Shown: positions 8,515-19,000, counted from the first letter of the stretch. The stretch: DNA of 64,000 nt from a virus (IMGVR_UViG_3300002834_000024:1-64000), one strand, 5' to 3'. Program-made: numbers and translations. The notes: a model not told the origin generated them from the sequence alone.

Positions 8515-10362
8515 TTATTTTTTTTGCTCATCAATAATAACAGTATCAATTGTTAGTAATTTCCGAACAAGTGTATTCCAAACATATTCTGAATAAGTAT
8601 CATTAAATAATTGAAAATAAATTAAACAATCTTTTTGTTGACTTATGCGGTGGATTCGATCAAAGAACTGACTATTATTACCTGGAACCCAATCATAATT
8701 ATTAAAGATGCAAACATTGGCAGATGTTAATGTTAATCCAACACCAGCTGCTTGTATATTTCCAATGAAAATTTTTCTATCATTATCCCTTGTAAATAAC
8801 TCAACAGATTTATCTTTTTCTTTTTGGGACATTTTACCATTGTAAATAACACACTTATCACCAAAATGTTTTTGTAGTTCATACAATTCACTATCATAAC
8901 AACATGCAATAATAATTTTACATTCTGGATCATTTTCCCAACACTCATTACACAATTCAATTGTTCTTGAAATCATAGTATTTGATAACCATTGACGTAA
9001 GAGTGTTCCCTCAACTAATTGTCTGTTTCTATCATCCAATGTATTAACATCAACATCATCTAATTCAGCCTTTTTATCTTGGTATTCATTCCAAACATTA
9101 TTATAATCTAATCTTTCTTTTGGTGTTAAATCATAATACAACTCTTTTATAATCTTATCAGGTAAATCTTTTAATTCAGATTTCAAACGTCTTAAATAAA
9201 TGTTTTTAATTCGTTCCTGTAATTCTTCGATATGAGTATCATCTTTTGGTATAAGAACTTCACGACCTGTTTTAAGTTTCATTCTTTTAGCACCACAATA
9301 TCGTATCATAAAATAATCATAATCTGATACAATTTCTGAATCTATAAGTGATAAAATATTATATAAGTTTTTTGTGTTATTTGAAATTGGTGTGCCAGTC
9401 AGCATATAGATATTATCTATTCCAGATTTTTGAAAAAAGTCATTGATTGCTTTATATCTATTTGATGTTCTATTAGATAATTTATGTGCTTCATCCATTA
9501 TAACTAAATCAAATTCAGCTAATATCAAGGGATTTTTACTATTTAATTCAGCAATTAATTGTTTATTATTAGAACGAACCTTTTTAATTTTACCAGAAAA
9601 TTCATCAACAACTTCCCTATATGCAACTTCATGGGCATGTTTATCAAATATATCATAATTTATTATGGTATATTTTTTAGACATATCCCATTTATCTCTA
9701 TCAGTTCCTTGTATAATAGAAACAGAATCTTCCCCAAAAAATGATATTTCTTTTTTCCATGTTGTTTTAAGAGATGCAGGACAAATGATTAATATTTTTT
9801 GAAATAAACCACAATAACTTGATGTTAATGAACTTACACTTTTCCCCAACCCCATGTCATCTGCAAGAATACACTTTTTAGAAGCAAGTAAAAATCGTGC
9901 TGCATCACCTTGATGTTCTTTTAATTTTCTTCCACTTTTTTCCAATAAACGATTAATATTATCTATATCTAATGGGTAATTTTGCCAATTAATATCAATA
10001 AGTGGTGTTAATAATGCTTTTTTTGGAATAAACAAACTAATCCAATCTATTTGATTTTTTGAATGTTTACACCAAACATGATATATAGAAGATGTTTCAC
10101 CAGCAAGAGTAAACACATGTAATTTTTCTGGGATAAATTGAAGCTGAAATTGTTTCTGTAATTTTGTTCCATAAAAATCCGCAATTCTAACAATTTTATC
10201 AACAAGTATTGGTTCATTTCTCATGTGATTCATGAGAACATATTCACAGTCCAAATCCTTTAATTTATTTTTTCTTTGTAACCTTAATATTTCCGAATTT
10301 CGACCATTATATGTTTTTAGAATTTCTTCTGTTTCCTTGAACTTCTTTTGTGTTATCTTCAT
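8515..10362 (-). CDS. SNF2-family (SF2) helicase/ATPase
   Basis: Walker A LADDMGLGKSVSS, DEAH box VIMDEAHKLSN, and C-terminal helicase motifs IQAAGVGLTLTSANVCIF and QFFDRIHRISQ are typical of SNF2/RAD54-like proteins. Confidence 0.8.
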   Translation of the reverse strand: MKITQKKFKETEEILKTYNGRNSEILRLQRKNKLKDLDCEYVLMNHMRNEPILVDKIVRIADFYGTKLQKQFQLQFIPEKLHVFTLAGETSSIYHVWCKHSKNQIDWISLFIPKKALLTPLIDINWQNYPLDIDNINRLLEKSGRKLKEHQGDAARFLLASKKCILADDMGLGKSVSSLTSSYCGLFQKILIICPASLKTTWKKEISFFGEDSVSIIQGTDRDKWDMSKKYTIINYDIFDKHAHEVAYREVVDEFSGKIKKVRSNNKQLIAELNSKNPLILAEFDLVIMDEAHKLSNRTSNRYKAINDFFQKSGIDNIYMLTGTPISNNTKNLYNILSLIDSEIVSDYDYFMIRYCGAKRMKLKTGREVLIPKDDTHIEELQERIKNIYLRRLKSELKDLPDKIIKELYYDLTPKERLDYNNVWNEYQDKKAELDDVDVNTLDDRNRQLVEGTLLRQWLSNTMISRTIELCNECWENDPECKIIIACCYDSELYELQKHFGDKCVIYNGKMSQKEKDKSVELFTRDNDRKIFIGNIQAAGVGLTLTSANVCIFNNYDWVPGNNSQFFDRIHRISQQKDCLIYFQLFNDTYSEYVWNTLVRKLLTIDTVIIDEQKK

Positions 10363-10365
10363 ACT

Positions 10366-11076
10366 TTATCCCCCATAATATATCATTTGATTTTTTTTCC
10401 AATTAAAGGCTTTATAGATTCTAACTAATTCAAATATCGCATATTCATATTTCCAACTCATTGTAATTTCAGGGTTAGTTTCATCTAAATCATATGGTTT
10501 ATAATTCCATTCATTTATCATTTCATGAAAATGGTTAATCATACAACCTAATGCGTTAGATTCATTTCTTGTTATTTTTGAAAAATCAAAAGAATACATT
10601 CTATCAAAATCAGAGTTGTAATCAGTATAAGAAATCGTTTTACTTTTTACAAATTCACTATCAACATCTTTTATGAATGGTTGAAATATAGTATTATAAT
10701 ACTTTTTAACTTTTTGTGTATAGTGATCAATAATATACAAAAGAAAATCCTTTGTTACAACATACAATTCAATATCATCACCCACATATGCTTTTTGCAT
10801 ATCTTTATTTTTAAAAAAAGGTTTGATTGATTTTTTCGGAGGATCAAATTCAGTATATTTTCCAAATTCATGTAAACGTGTACATAGATCACTAATATCG
10901 AAATCACCAACACATTCAACATTAAATTCTTCTATAAATTCATCAATAGTTAAATCATATATCCATTTGTATTGTGCTTTTGAAATATATGATATTCCTG
11001 TTCTGTATCCCATATAAATATAATTTTGATTACATTCAAATATAATCATTTTAATTGAATACTTCAAAAAATACAT
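10366..11076 (-). CDS. hypothetical protein
   Basis: 236-aa ORF, 3 nt downstream of the SNF2 gene (operonic). Confidence 0.45.
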   Translation of the reverse strand: MYFLKYSIKMIIFECNQNYIYMGYRTGISYISKAQYKWIYDLTIDEFIEEFNVECVGDFDISDLCTRLHEFGKYTEFDPPKKSIKPFFKNKDMQKAYVGDDIELYVVTKDFLLYIIDHYTQKVKKYYNTIFQPFIKDVDSEFVKSKTISYTDYNSDFDRMYSFDFSKITRNESNALGCMINHFHEMINEWNYKPYDLDETNPEITMSWKYEYAIFELVRIYKAFNWKKNQMIYYGG

Positions 11077-11109
11077 TGATTTGTATTTATTTTATATTAT
11101 TCATTTCAA

Positions 11110-11763
11110 ATGGTATTAAAGGAAAGTTTGATAAAAAAGATAATTCGAGAAATAATTGAAGATTTTATGGATGAAGCAAATTATCCATCAAATTTCAACA
11201 TGGAAGAATTTAAAAATTTGAAAAGTTTTGCTGCCAGATTGAGATATTGTAAAGAAAACTTACAACCAATTGCATCTGGTAGCGGTAGATATGTTTTTGG
11301 TATTGATGCTGATACTGTGTTAAAACTAGCAAAAAATAAAAAAGGTGTTGCACAAAATGAAACTGAATATAAATTTGCCAATGATTCTTACATAACAATA
11401 GTTGCAGAAGTATTTGATGTTGATGAAAACTTTTTATGGATTGAAATGGAAAGATTGAATAAATGTACATGGAAAAAATTTGAAAATATTACTGGTATTG
11501 ATAGTTCAGATTTCAATTTAGCATTAATATATTATTATTATAAACATTTATCTAGAAATAATTATTTTAATCAAAAACCTGATACATATGATGAAATTGT
11601 TGAAAACGAATTTTTCCAAGATGTGGTTGATTTGATGGCAAATTATGATATGCCACCTGGTGATTTGACTAAATTATCAAGTTGGGGTATAACAAAAACT
11701 GGTGAAATAAAATTAATTGATGCTGGATTAAGTCAGCAAGTATATGATACTTATTATAAATAA
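11110..11763 (+). CDS. small protein-kinase-like fold protein (putative)
   Basis: Gly-rich loop IASGSGRYVFG followed by VLKLAK (candidate beta3 Lys), later DMPPGDLTKLSSWG and IKLIDAGLS (catalytic-loop and DFG-like). Shares the G.G..Y....D..VLKL block with the kinase-like region of 52991-56137. Confidence 0.3.
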   Translation: MVLKESLIKKIIREIIEDFMDEANYPSNFNMEEFKNLKSFAARLRYCKENLQPIASGSGRYVFGIDADTVLKLAKNKKGVAQNETEYKFANDSYITIVAEVFDVDENFLWIEMERLNKCTWKKFENITGIDSSDFNLALIYYYYKHLSRNNYFNQKPDTYDEIVENEFFQDVVDLMANYDMPPGDLTKLSSWGITKTGEIKLIDAGLSQQVYDTYYK

Positions 11764-11768
11764 AGGTT

Positions 11769-12917
11769 ATGATTACACAAGAACAGGAAGAAATTTTTGA
11801 ATGGATTAGAATGTCATTAGGTGCGCCAATTGTACCAGTCCAATTAACAGATGACCAATTATGTTCATTAATGGTATTTGTTGTAAAAGAATATCAAAAA
11901 CATATGCAACAATTTTTAATTTTGCAAAATTGGACCCAGTTGTATGGAAAACAATTAGTTAATCTGAATGAAATGGCATGGTCTATTACTATGAGGAACT
12001 TTGATTATACAAAACAATTTTCTTATTTCTTTTCAAAAGAGGTTGGCTTACAACAACAAGGACCATGGGAATTGAAAAAAGATTATGTAATAATTGAAAG
12101 GGGAAAACAAAATTATATTGTACCAGCTGGTAGAACAATTAATTCTGTCTTATTTGTAACACCCAATACAACAGATCCAGCACTATGGGCTGGTATGGGT
12201 GGTTTCGGTGGTGCGCAATTAGGATTTGGTTCGACTGGAACAGCTGGTGGAATGATGGGTTGGGGCGGTGGTGCTTTTGGTTCTGCTTTTGGTGGAATGT
12301 ATGTTATGCCAGCCTATGATGTCAGTTTGTTGTCTGCTGATTTGAACTATAAGCAAAAATTACTTGGTGGTGAATTAGTGTACAAAGTAACAGCTGGACC
12401 AGAGGGTACACATATTATACATTTATTAAGTACACCAGGTTCAAAATTCAGTTTTAATCATTCAGGAAACACCAATGGAATTTTCGGGGGGGTTGGTTGT
12501 GCTGTATGGTACACATACTATGATACGGTTCAAGGTGGTTCTGATGCTTGTGCTAAAAAAAATACAGATGTTCTTTTAACACCCGATCAATTTCCAATAT
12601 CAGTACAGGCTTTTGAATTTATGAATCAACAAGCCAAACAAACAATACAAAATTTATTGTTAGCAAAGGCTAAAATGACTTTGGGATATATTCGTGGTTA
12701 TGCTTCGGGCGAAGTACAAATTCCAAGTGCTACTATGAAACTTGATTATAATATGTTAATACAAGATGGTAGAGATGAATGGAAATATGAATTAGATATT
12801 TTCACAAAATGGTTGGATATGCTTAGACCACATAATCAGTTACAATTCCAGAGAGATATGATTAGTTCAATGTATGATATTTTAGCTGCAATTCCAAATA
12901 AAATTTATGTATATTAA
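11769..12917 (+). CDS. hypothetical structural protein (position upstream of tail tube is compatible with a sheath/neck role)
   Basis: 382-aa ORF 5 nt after the preceding gene. Gly-rich segment GMGGFGGAQLGFGSTGTAGGMMGWGGGAFG. No diagnostic motif; the role is inferred only from neighbourhood. Confidence 0.25.
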   Translation: MITQEQEEIFEWIRMSLGAPIVPVQLTDDQLCSLMVFVVKEYQKHMQQFLILQNWTQLYGKQLVNLNEMAWSITMRNFDYTKQFSYFFSKEVGLQQQGPWELKKDYVIIERGKQNYIVPAGRTINSVLFVTPNTTDPALWAGMGGFGGAQLGFGSTGTAGGMMGWGGGAFGSAFGGMYVMPAYDVSLLSADLNYKQKLLGGELVYKVTAGPEGTHIIHLLSTPGSKFSFNHSGNTNGIFGGVGCAVWYTYYDTVQGGSDACAKKNTDVLLTPDQFPISVQAFEFMNQQAKQTIQNLLLAKAKMTLGYIRGYASGEVQIPSATMKLDYNMLIQDGRDEWKYELDIFTKWLDMLRPHNQLQFQRDMISSMYDILAAIPNKIYVY

Positions 12918-12980
12918 AAAAAATATATTAGATAGTATTTATTTACAAAATAAGATAGTAAAAAATTAAAAAATAATATT

Positions 12981-13463
12981 ATGCCAGTATTACCTAATGG
13001 ACAAACTTGCTTGGAGAATATTGGTCTGCAAATGAGACCTGTTCTTTTGGCTAAAAACCCATACCAAAGTTCATTTTATTCAAAAAATGAATTAACTGAA
13101 TATTCTGTACGTCACCCTAACGCATTATGGGATCCGCTTGATGGACGTGGGTTTGGAACTGGTCATGGTGGTCATACCCACTATACACCAGATTGTAACA
13201 AAGCTGTTATGATTGGGGAACATATGCAATCTCCAATTGATTATAGTAACTTCGATACATACAACGGTGGAGATTGTATTGCAGTAAATGGAAAACCAGG
13301 ATTATCATTTTCTGGTAGAGGAGGGAACACAGGTATTAACAATTATTCTTACTATGGAATACATTATGGCCAGGAATATGTAAATACCAGTCAAAACGTT
13401 GAAGATGGACAATTCGTTGTTGGATATAATAACAAAACAGAAATTATTTGCAATCCCGCATAA
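12981..13463 (+). CDS. hypothetical protein
   Basis: 160-aa ORF preceded by a TATTTAT motif at 12936-12942. Confidence 0.4.
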   Translation: MPVLPNGQTCLENIGLQMRPVLLAKNPYQSSFYSKNELTEYSVRHPNALWDPLDGRGFGTGHGGHTHYTPDCNKAVMIGEHMQSPIDYSNFDTYNGGDCIAVNGKPGLSFSGRGGNTGINNYSYYGIHYGQEYVNTSQNVEDGQFVVGYNNKTEIICNPA

Positions 13464-13485
13464 TTAATTGGAAATTAAATCTACG

Positions 13486-13507
13486 ATTATTTATATTAAA
13501 AAATAAA
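13486..13507 (+). promoter_or_regulatory. candidate late promoter motif ATTATTTATATTAAAAAATAAA
   Basis: Near-identical about 20-nt motif also at 42233-42253 and 61681-61700, each 20-40 nt upstream of a structural gene ATG. Confidence 0.45.
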
Positions 13508-13527
13508 CTTAAAAATATTATAAAGAT

Positions 13528-14019
13528 ATGTCAGACTTGCTTATAAAAATGCCATTAGTATACGAACCATTAAGGAAAAACCGTTTTCTATTCAGATTTC
13601 CTAGTGATTTGGGGGTACAAGAATGGTGGGTAGCGACTGGTTCAAGACCTGTCATTAATCAAACCGAAACAGAAATTCCATTTTTAAATACATCAACATG
13701 GGTTGTTGGTAGATATATTTGGGATGCAACACAATTAGTTATGAGGGACCCAATTGGTCCATCAGCATCACAAGCTATGATGGAATGGGTACGTTTACAT
13801 TCGGAATCTGTTACTGGTCGTCAAGGTTACGCTGCTGGTTACAAACGAAACGTTGAGTTAGAAATGCTTGATCCAACAGGTGTTGTTGTGTCAAAATGGA
13901 TTCTTGTTAACACAATGCTTTCTCAACAAGCATCATTTGGAGATTTGGATTATAACAGTTCAGACCTTGCAACAATTACAGTAAATTTACGTTTTGATTA
14001 TGCTGTACTTGCATATTAA
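13528..14019 (+). CDS. tail tube protein (T4 gp19-like)
   Basis: 163 aa. N-terminal KNRFLFRFPSDLG resembles the gp19 NLFQVEI start and C-terminal ITVNLRFDYAVL resembles the gp19 FEVTLALDYW end. Size matches gp19 (163 aa). Confidence 0.55.
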   Translation: MSDLLIKMPLVYEPLRKNRFLFRFPSDLGVQEWWVATGSRPVINQTETEIPFLNTSTWVVGRYIWDATQLVMRDPIGPSASQAMMEWVRLHSESVTGRQGYAAGYKRNVELEMLDPTGVVVSKWILVNTMLSQQASFGDLDYNSSDLATITVNLRFDYAVLAY

Positions 14020-14058
14020 TTCATCAAACTATTTATATACATAAAATACTTAAAAGAT

Positions 14059-14526
14059 ATGAAACTTACAGAGCAACAATTAAGAGAATATGTTAGAAAC
14101 GCTGTTGTAGAAAGTTTGAATGAGGCAGCACTTGATGAAGGATGGTTGGATAACATAAGAGCAGCTGGTGATATTGCTGGTGCTGGTTTAAGAAATGTGG
14201 GGAATAGAATAAAACAGGGTGTTCAAGATTTCCAACAACAAAGTAAAGCAAGGGGTGATATTTATCAACAACAAAGAGATGTTAAAAATTTCAATAAAAA
14301 ACTTACAAATGCACAAGGTAAGGCAACTGAAATAGTTGATAATAAAATTATGCCAATTTTGAATGGTATACCAGGTTATAGACAGTCAATACCACATATT
14401 GGTAAAATAAGAAATGCTTTAGTTAATTTAATTATGAAAGGATTTCCAGCTCAACAAGTAGCACCACAACAGCAACCATTAGGTGGTAATCAACAACCTC
14501 AACAACAATATGGGCAAACAGCTTAA
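14059..14526 (+). CDS. hypothetical protein (Gln/Pro-rich C-terminus)
   Basis: 155-aa ORF. TATTTAT motif upstream at 14030-14036. Confidence 0.4.
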   Translation: MKLTEQQLREYVRNAVVESLNEAALDEGWLDNIRAAGDIAGAGLRNVGNRIKQGVQDFQQQSKARGDIYQQQRDVKNFNKKLTNAQGKATEIVDNKIMPILNGIPGYRQSIPHIGKIRNALVNLIMKGFPAQQVAPQQQPLGGNQQPQQQYGQTA

Positions 14527-14557
14527 GTTTTTATTAAACTTAAAAAAATATTAAAAA

Positions 14558-14590
14558 AACATGTAGTTTCAATATTACATGTTTTTTTTT
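14558..14590. terminator. bidirectional rho-independent terminator
   Basis: AACATGTA gtttcaatat TACATGTT (8-bp stem) is followed by T9 on the plus strand and preceded by A7, so it is T-rich on both strands. Lies between convergent genes 14059-14526 (+) and 14589-15203 (-). Confidence 0.6.
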
Positions 14591-15203
14591 ATTCTTTAAT
14601 AATCTTATTTAAAAGAGGAATTAATGTTTTATCATCCCTTAACAATAAAATAATATCTTTTGGGATAAAATCTGTATTATAAAAAATTTGATTATTTGGG
14701 TTTTTATAAAACAGACTTAATAATTTATCTCCGGTGATTCCAATATATTCTGTATCATCTATATTAATCCCATAAACTATGTTTTGATGATATATATAGA
14801 TAAATGAATTATTTGCTACATAGATATAAGTTTTTTCATTTGATTTAATAATGTTCAATAAATTGGACAAATCTCTATATTTTGTTTGAAATATATTACA
14901 AAATTGATATTCATATTGAGATTTAAGGTTATCAAAAATATGAATATAAAATTTAATAATATCTTTTTCAAATTCATCTCTTTTTTCGGTTCTTGAAAAT
15001 GTCCAATGGGTTAGATTAGATAAGTTTTTATTCAATATTGATAATGCCGAAAAGGATGGGAATAAACTTTTCGTAAATTCCCACCCGATGATCAATGTTG
15101 GTCTTTTTGGTATTCCTTTATAAGAATTGAAATATTCTATAAAATCAACCTTTTTTAAAAACTTCTCATTCGGCTTTTCGATTACTATATTTGCAATTTT
15201 CAC
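14589..15203 (-). CDS. hypothetical protein
   Basis: 204-aa ORF, 3 nt downstream of the DUF932 gene. Confidence 0.45.
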   Translation of the reverse strand: MKIANIVIEKPNEKFLKKVDFIEYFNSYKGIPKRPTLIIGWEFTKSLFPSFSALSILNKNLSNLTHWTFSRTEKRDEFEKDIIKFYIHIFDNLKSQYEYQFCNIFQTKYRDLSNLLNIIKSNEKTYIYVANNSFIYIYHQNIVYGINIDDTEYIGITGDKLLSLFYKNPNNQIFYNTDFIPKDIILLLRDDKTLIPLLNKIIKE

Positions 15204-15206
15204 AAT

Positions 15207-16310
15207 TTACGCTGCAAGTGCATAGATACTATCGTGTGTCTTTTGCATTTTTTTGTACACATCCCCATCCATAATGGCGTTAAACTTATATTCATCACCT
15301 TTGTTGTAACTTCTGTGGTTTTGGAAGTATGTACTCATTCCATTGAGTACCCAAAGTGCGCTTCCCCTCCATCTTTCCTGACCAATCCCATTATCCAATG
15401 TATTCAATACATTTTCAATTGTGTTTCTTGATCTGGTAGAGATGTCAATGTGATTAAAATTGTAGTTTTCAAGTTGTAATTCTCTTACTTGGGATTGTTC
15501 AAGGAATACATCAGCAACAATTTTCTTAACGATATTGTCATCAACCTTTACATCAGCAAATCTGTTTAAAGTATCCTGTAAATTCTGAACATAAATTTTA
15601 TGCCCCCTTAAAATACTCAAAGCCATTTCTAGGTTTTCCTTTTGTTTCAGATTTACTTTTGAGTGAACGTTTTTGGTGTGTTTGAAGTACACCCGATTTT
15701 TACCCTCATGTAATGCCATGTTGAGAGTGTTATTACAAACTACACGTGTGGTACAGAATTGAGCGATTACTGCGCCAGTTCCATCATGGCTGTTAGTGAA
15801 AAGAATGTAATCTTCAATCACATCATCACTGTCTTTGATTTTGAATGGTTCGTTAAACCTTGCGGTTACAAACATTCTTTCGCCACCCCCAAGTACACCA
15901 GCTGTTTCAATAAAGGGGGCATCAAACTGTCCCGACACTCCGCTTAGAATGTCTTGTACAAACTCAAAGCCTTGCAAGTTTTGTACAACTTCATAACCAC
16001 TTCCAACAACACCTAAAATGTTGTCTAAATCACGTCTAACTGTACATTGATGACTTTTGATTATATCCTTTTGATTGAAAATTCTATCAAGAGGTAAACC
16101 CATTTTGATTTTTTCCAAATCTTCAGATGTGATGCGTATAAGCGCATCTTTTTCTACTTGATAATCAGCTCTACAAGCTGTTATCGCTTCATGAATGGTA
16201 ATTCTGGGATCATCAAATATAATTCCCAGTCCATGCCAAGGCTTATTTATTCTACCACCTGCTGTTACAAAACTACCTTTGTCGTCTCTCATTTCAATTT
16301 CGTGTGCCAT
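15207..16310 (-). CDS. DUF932-family (phage/plasmid-like, TIGR03299-type) protein
   Basis: N-terminus MAHEIEMRDDKGSFVTAGGRINKPWHGLG matches the characteristic MAH..E....F......pWHGLG start of DUF932 proteins. 367 aa. Confidence 0.55.
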   Translation of the reverse strand: MAHEIEMRDDKGSFVTAGGRINKPWHGLGIIFDDPRITIHEAITACRADYQVEKDALIRITSEDLEKIKMGLPLDRIFNQKDIIKSHQCTVRRDLDNILGVVGSGYEVVQNLQGFEFVQDILSGVSGQFDAPFIETAGVLGGGERMFVTARFNEPFKIKDSDDVIEDYILFTNSHDGTGAVIAQFCTTRVVCNNTLNMALHEGKNRVYFKHTKNVHSKVNLKQKENLEMALSILRGHKIYVQNLQDTLNRFADVKVDDNIVKKIVADVFLEQSQVRELQLENYNFNHIDISTRSRNTIENVLNTLDNGIGQERWRGSALWVLNGMSTYFQNHRSYNKGDEYKFNAIMDGDVYKKMQKTHDSIYALAA

Positions 16311-16355
16311 ATCTCTAAATTTTAAAAATTAATAATTTTGTTTAATATTATACCA

Positions 16356-16402
16356 CAAAGATACGAATAAAATTACATAAGATTTAATTCTGGATGTTAA
16401 AA
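16356..16402 (-). promoter_or_regulatory. conserved bipartite minus-strand promoter element (TTTTAACATCCAG-N26-TAtcTTTG), with overlapping hairpin
   Basis: Plus strand shows CAAAGATA at 16356-16363 and CTGGATGTTAAAA at 16390-16402. The 13-mer is part of an inverted repeat TCTGGAT gttaaaaaaa ATCCAGA. About 45 nt upstream of the DUF932 start. Confidence 0.6.
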
Positions 16403-16464
16403 AAAATCCAGAAAAACTTTTTTTGTGAGTTTTCTGGATTTTCAGTTTATGAAAAACTTGAATG

Positions 16465-17136
16465 TTAGAAAGGCAAGTTATCAGCATTACTTCCACCCGA
16501 ATAATACTGTTGATTATTTGGCTGCTGTCCTTGTTGTGGAGTAGCCTGATATTGCGGTTGTCCTTGTGGTTGTGGCTGATACTGTGGTTGCTGGTTTCCA
16601 CCCCTTTGTTGTGTCCCACCTTGTGGTGGGACTTGTTGGTATTGTTGAGGAGGCGGAGCTTGTTGATACTGCGGTTGTCCTTGTGGTGGAGCCTGATACT
16701 GCGGTTGAGGTGCTTGTTGCCATGTCTGTTGTTGATTCGGATTATAACCTTGTGCTTGTTCGTTGTAAGTATTTTGCTTTCCATTTCCATTAGGATTGCT
16801 ACCAGTTAAGGTTAACTCCCCACCATCTGCTGAATTAACAACAACTTCGGCGACTCTTACTTTTTCCCCATTATCTCTATCCCATTCTCTATATGTAAGT
16901 TCCCCCTTAATGGCAATTTGAGAACCTTTACTAACATATTCCTTTGCGACTTTTACAACAGAACCTCTGATAACAATCTGATGCCAAGATGTTTTTTCGG
17001 GAATTGTGCGACCATCTTGTGTTGTAAATCCTCTCTTTTTGGTGGCAAGACTAAATGTAACAATTTCGCCACCATTATCAAATGTTGTAACTTTTGGGTC
17101 TTGCCCAACATGACCAATTAAAATAACTGTATTCAT
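16465..17136 (-). CDS. ssb: single-stranded DNA-binding protein (bacterial OB-fold type)
   Basis: N-terminal OB fold MNTVILIGHVGQDPKV...ETSWHQIVIRG...IKGELTYREWDRDNGEKVRVAEVVVN. Low-complexity Q/P/G-rich linker and an acidic C-terminal tip ending DNLPF (like DDDIPF). Overlapping ORFs in this region are frame artefacts of the repetitive linker. Confidence 0.85.
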   Translation of the reverse strand: MNTVILIGHVGQDPKVTTFDNGGEIVTFSLATKKRGFTTQDGRTIPEKTSWHQIVIRGSVVKVAKEYVSKGSQIAIKGELTYREWDRDNGEKVRVAEVVVNSADGGELTLTGSNPNGNGKQNTYNEQAQGYNPNQQQTWQQAPQPQYQAPPQGQPQYQQAPPPQQYQQVPPQGGTQQRGGNQQPQYQPQPQGQPQYQATPQQGQQPNNQQYYSGGSNADNLPF

Positions 17137-17198
17137 AAAAAATATTTGTTAAAAAGTTAAATATATAATTAATTGTTTTAAATATATGTATTAAATAA

Positions 17199-18212
17199 TT
17201 ATTCAGCAAATCTTAATGGTTCTAAAAACTTTGCTAATTGATTTTCATAATAAAATACCAAATCTTTTTCAGTAAGTTCTTGACCAATTAATAATTTATA
17301 TACCTGTGAATAATAAGTTGTCGGACAACTTTTTATTTTAATTTTCCCATTTTCTGAATAAGGTACTTCACTTTTGATATAAACAACAAGTTTTCCATCA
17401 TTTGAATTAATAAATTTATGAGTACCCAATACAAATAATTCAAAGTTAAGAGAACGATCTGGATGAAATTCATTACTTATTTGGTTCATTTGCATCTCTA
17501 TTTCAGCAATAAGCATCTCTCTACTATATCCATTTTTATTATCCAAAATAACTTCATAAATTAATTCATCAGTATTATAGGAATATGGTTTGAAACATGT
17601 TATTTCATTGGTTTCCATAATATGTTTAATATGCCTATAAGTAAATTGCATAATATATTTTTGAATTGTAATATTTCTTGACATATTCAATTTACCAAAT
17701 ATAATTTGTCTTGTATATTTACTTTTTTGAAAGTATTTAACTAATCTATGATTTGCGCCCAGCATTTCGATAATAAAATCATCATAAGTGTTGCAATTGC
17801 GAACAATATTTTTATCATGATATTTTAATGTATTGAAGTTTGCTTGTTTCATATCAACAGATAAAAACAACTTTTCATCATTTGGTTCCAAATAGATTGA
17901 TGTTTTGGGAAGTTTCTTAAATTCTTCATCAGTAATAGCATATGCCGACATCTCACAAACATTGTATTTCTTGTAAGCATCTGAATTTTCAATACTTGTA
18001 ATGATATGATCCCTTGACTTATAATAATCTTCCAAGAAAAGACCTGGTTTACCATTATAATGCAACTTTATCATCTCATTTAACTCATTCCATTTAGTTT
18101 CTGAACCAAGATGATTTTCATACAATGATAAAAAATATTCAAAATACTCATCTTTGAGTACCTGAATAGGTAAAGCATAATCATCAACAAAACGTTGTTT
18201 AAGTTCTCTCAT
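17199..18212 (-). CDS. hypothetical protein
   Basis: 337-aa ORF with no recognisable motif. Confidence 0.45.
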   Translation of the reverse strand: MRELKQRFVDDYALPIQVLKDEYFEYFLSLYENHLGSETKWNELNEMIKLHYNGKPGLFLEDYYKSRDHIITSIENSDAYKKYNVCEMSAYAITDEEFKKLPKTSIYLEPNDEKLFLSVDMKQANFNTLKYHDKNIVRNCNTYDDFIIEMLGANHRLVKYFQKSKYTRQIIFGKLNMSRNITIQKYIMQFTYRHIKHIMETNEITCFKPYSYNTDELIYEVILDNKNGYSREMLIAEIEMQMNQISNEFHPDRSLNFELFVLGTHKFINSNDGKLVVYIKSEVPYSENGKIKIKSCPTTYYSQVYKLLIGQELTEKDLVFYYENQLAKFLEPLRFAE

Positions 18213-18235
18213 TTTTTTTTTTAATTTTATATTTG

Positions 18236-19000
18236 TTACTTACTTGTTGCCTGTTCTGTTCCAAAATATGCTTTCAGAAATACATCTTTAAATTCAGATT
18301 TATCAATATTTTCTTTTAACAAATAAATTGGCGTAAATAAAACATATTCTGTACTTTTATTAAATTCTTCTTCCAATTTTTCTCGTAAAACTTCATGTCC
18401 TGGTCTTAATGTTTTTGGATCAAGGGTTTCGATTGCTTCATTTATAACAAAACTTTGTACTCTCTTATAATCTTCTTCACTAAGTTTATCTATTAATGGT
18501 ATAAAACTACCAACACATGTTTCAAAAGATAATTCAACCCCAACTTCAATACCTCTTTTTAATATTAAGTAAATATAATAATAATCTTCATCACTTGTAC
18601 ATGCTGCAATAAGAAATTTTATATCATGTCCTGGTGTTGTTATTACATAAGTACCACCATATTTTTCTAATTCTTTTGTTATAATATCAAAATTTCCATT
18701 ACCACCAGAATTTTTTTGCATTGTTGCAACTTCGTTTTTGAGCGTATTTAATCTAAGTTGTTCAAACTCATTTATACTAATAAGTTCAAAATAATATTCG
18801 ACTGTTGTATCAACAAATTTCATAAAATAATCAACTAATTCACTAATTGAATATTCTTGATATTGTGAATATAAACAAGTATAAACTTGATATTTATCTT
18901 CATGTTTCAAAATAGCAGGAACATGAGTATTATTTTCAGTATATCTTGTTACAATAACAAGGTCATCAGTCAGTAAATTTATAGTATCAATTAAATTCAT
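18236..19000 (-). CDS. hypothetical protein
   Basis: 254-aa ORF. Confidence 0.45.
   Translation of the reverse strand: MNLIDTINLLTDDLVIVTRYTENNTHVPAILKHEDKYQVYTCLYSQYQEYSISELVDYFMKFVDTTVEYYFELISINEFEQLRLNTLKNEVATMQKNSGGNGNFDIITKELEKYGGTYVITTPGHDIKFLIAACTSDEDYYYIYLILKRGIEVGVELSFETCVGSFIPLIDKLSEEDYKRVQSFVINEAIETLDPKTLRPGHEVLREKLEEEFNKSTEYVLFTPIYLLKENIDKSEFKDVFLKAYFGTEQATSK

Noticed and set aside
16329-16809. Several ORFs (16329-16790 minus, 16462-16809 plus, 16514-16723 minus, 16566-16793 plus) overlapping the SSB gene
   Set aside because: They are alternative-frame or antisense readings of the repetitive Gln/Pro/Gly-rich linker codons of the SSB gene. Only the SSB frame has a recognisable OB fold and the acidic tip.
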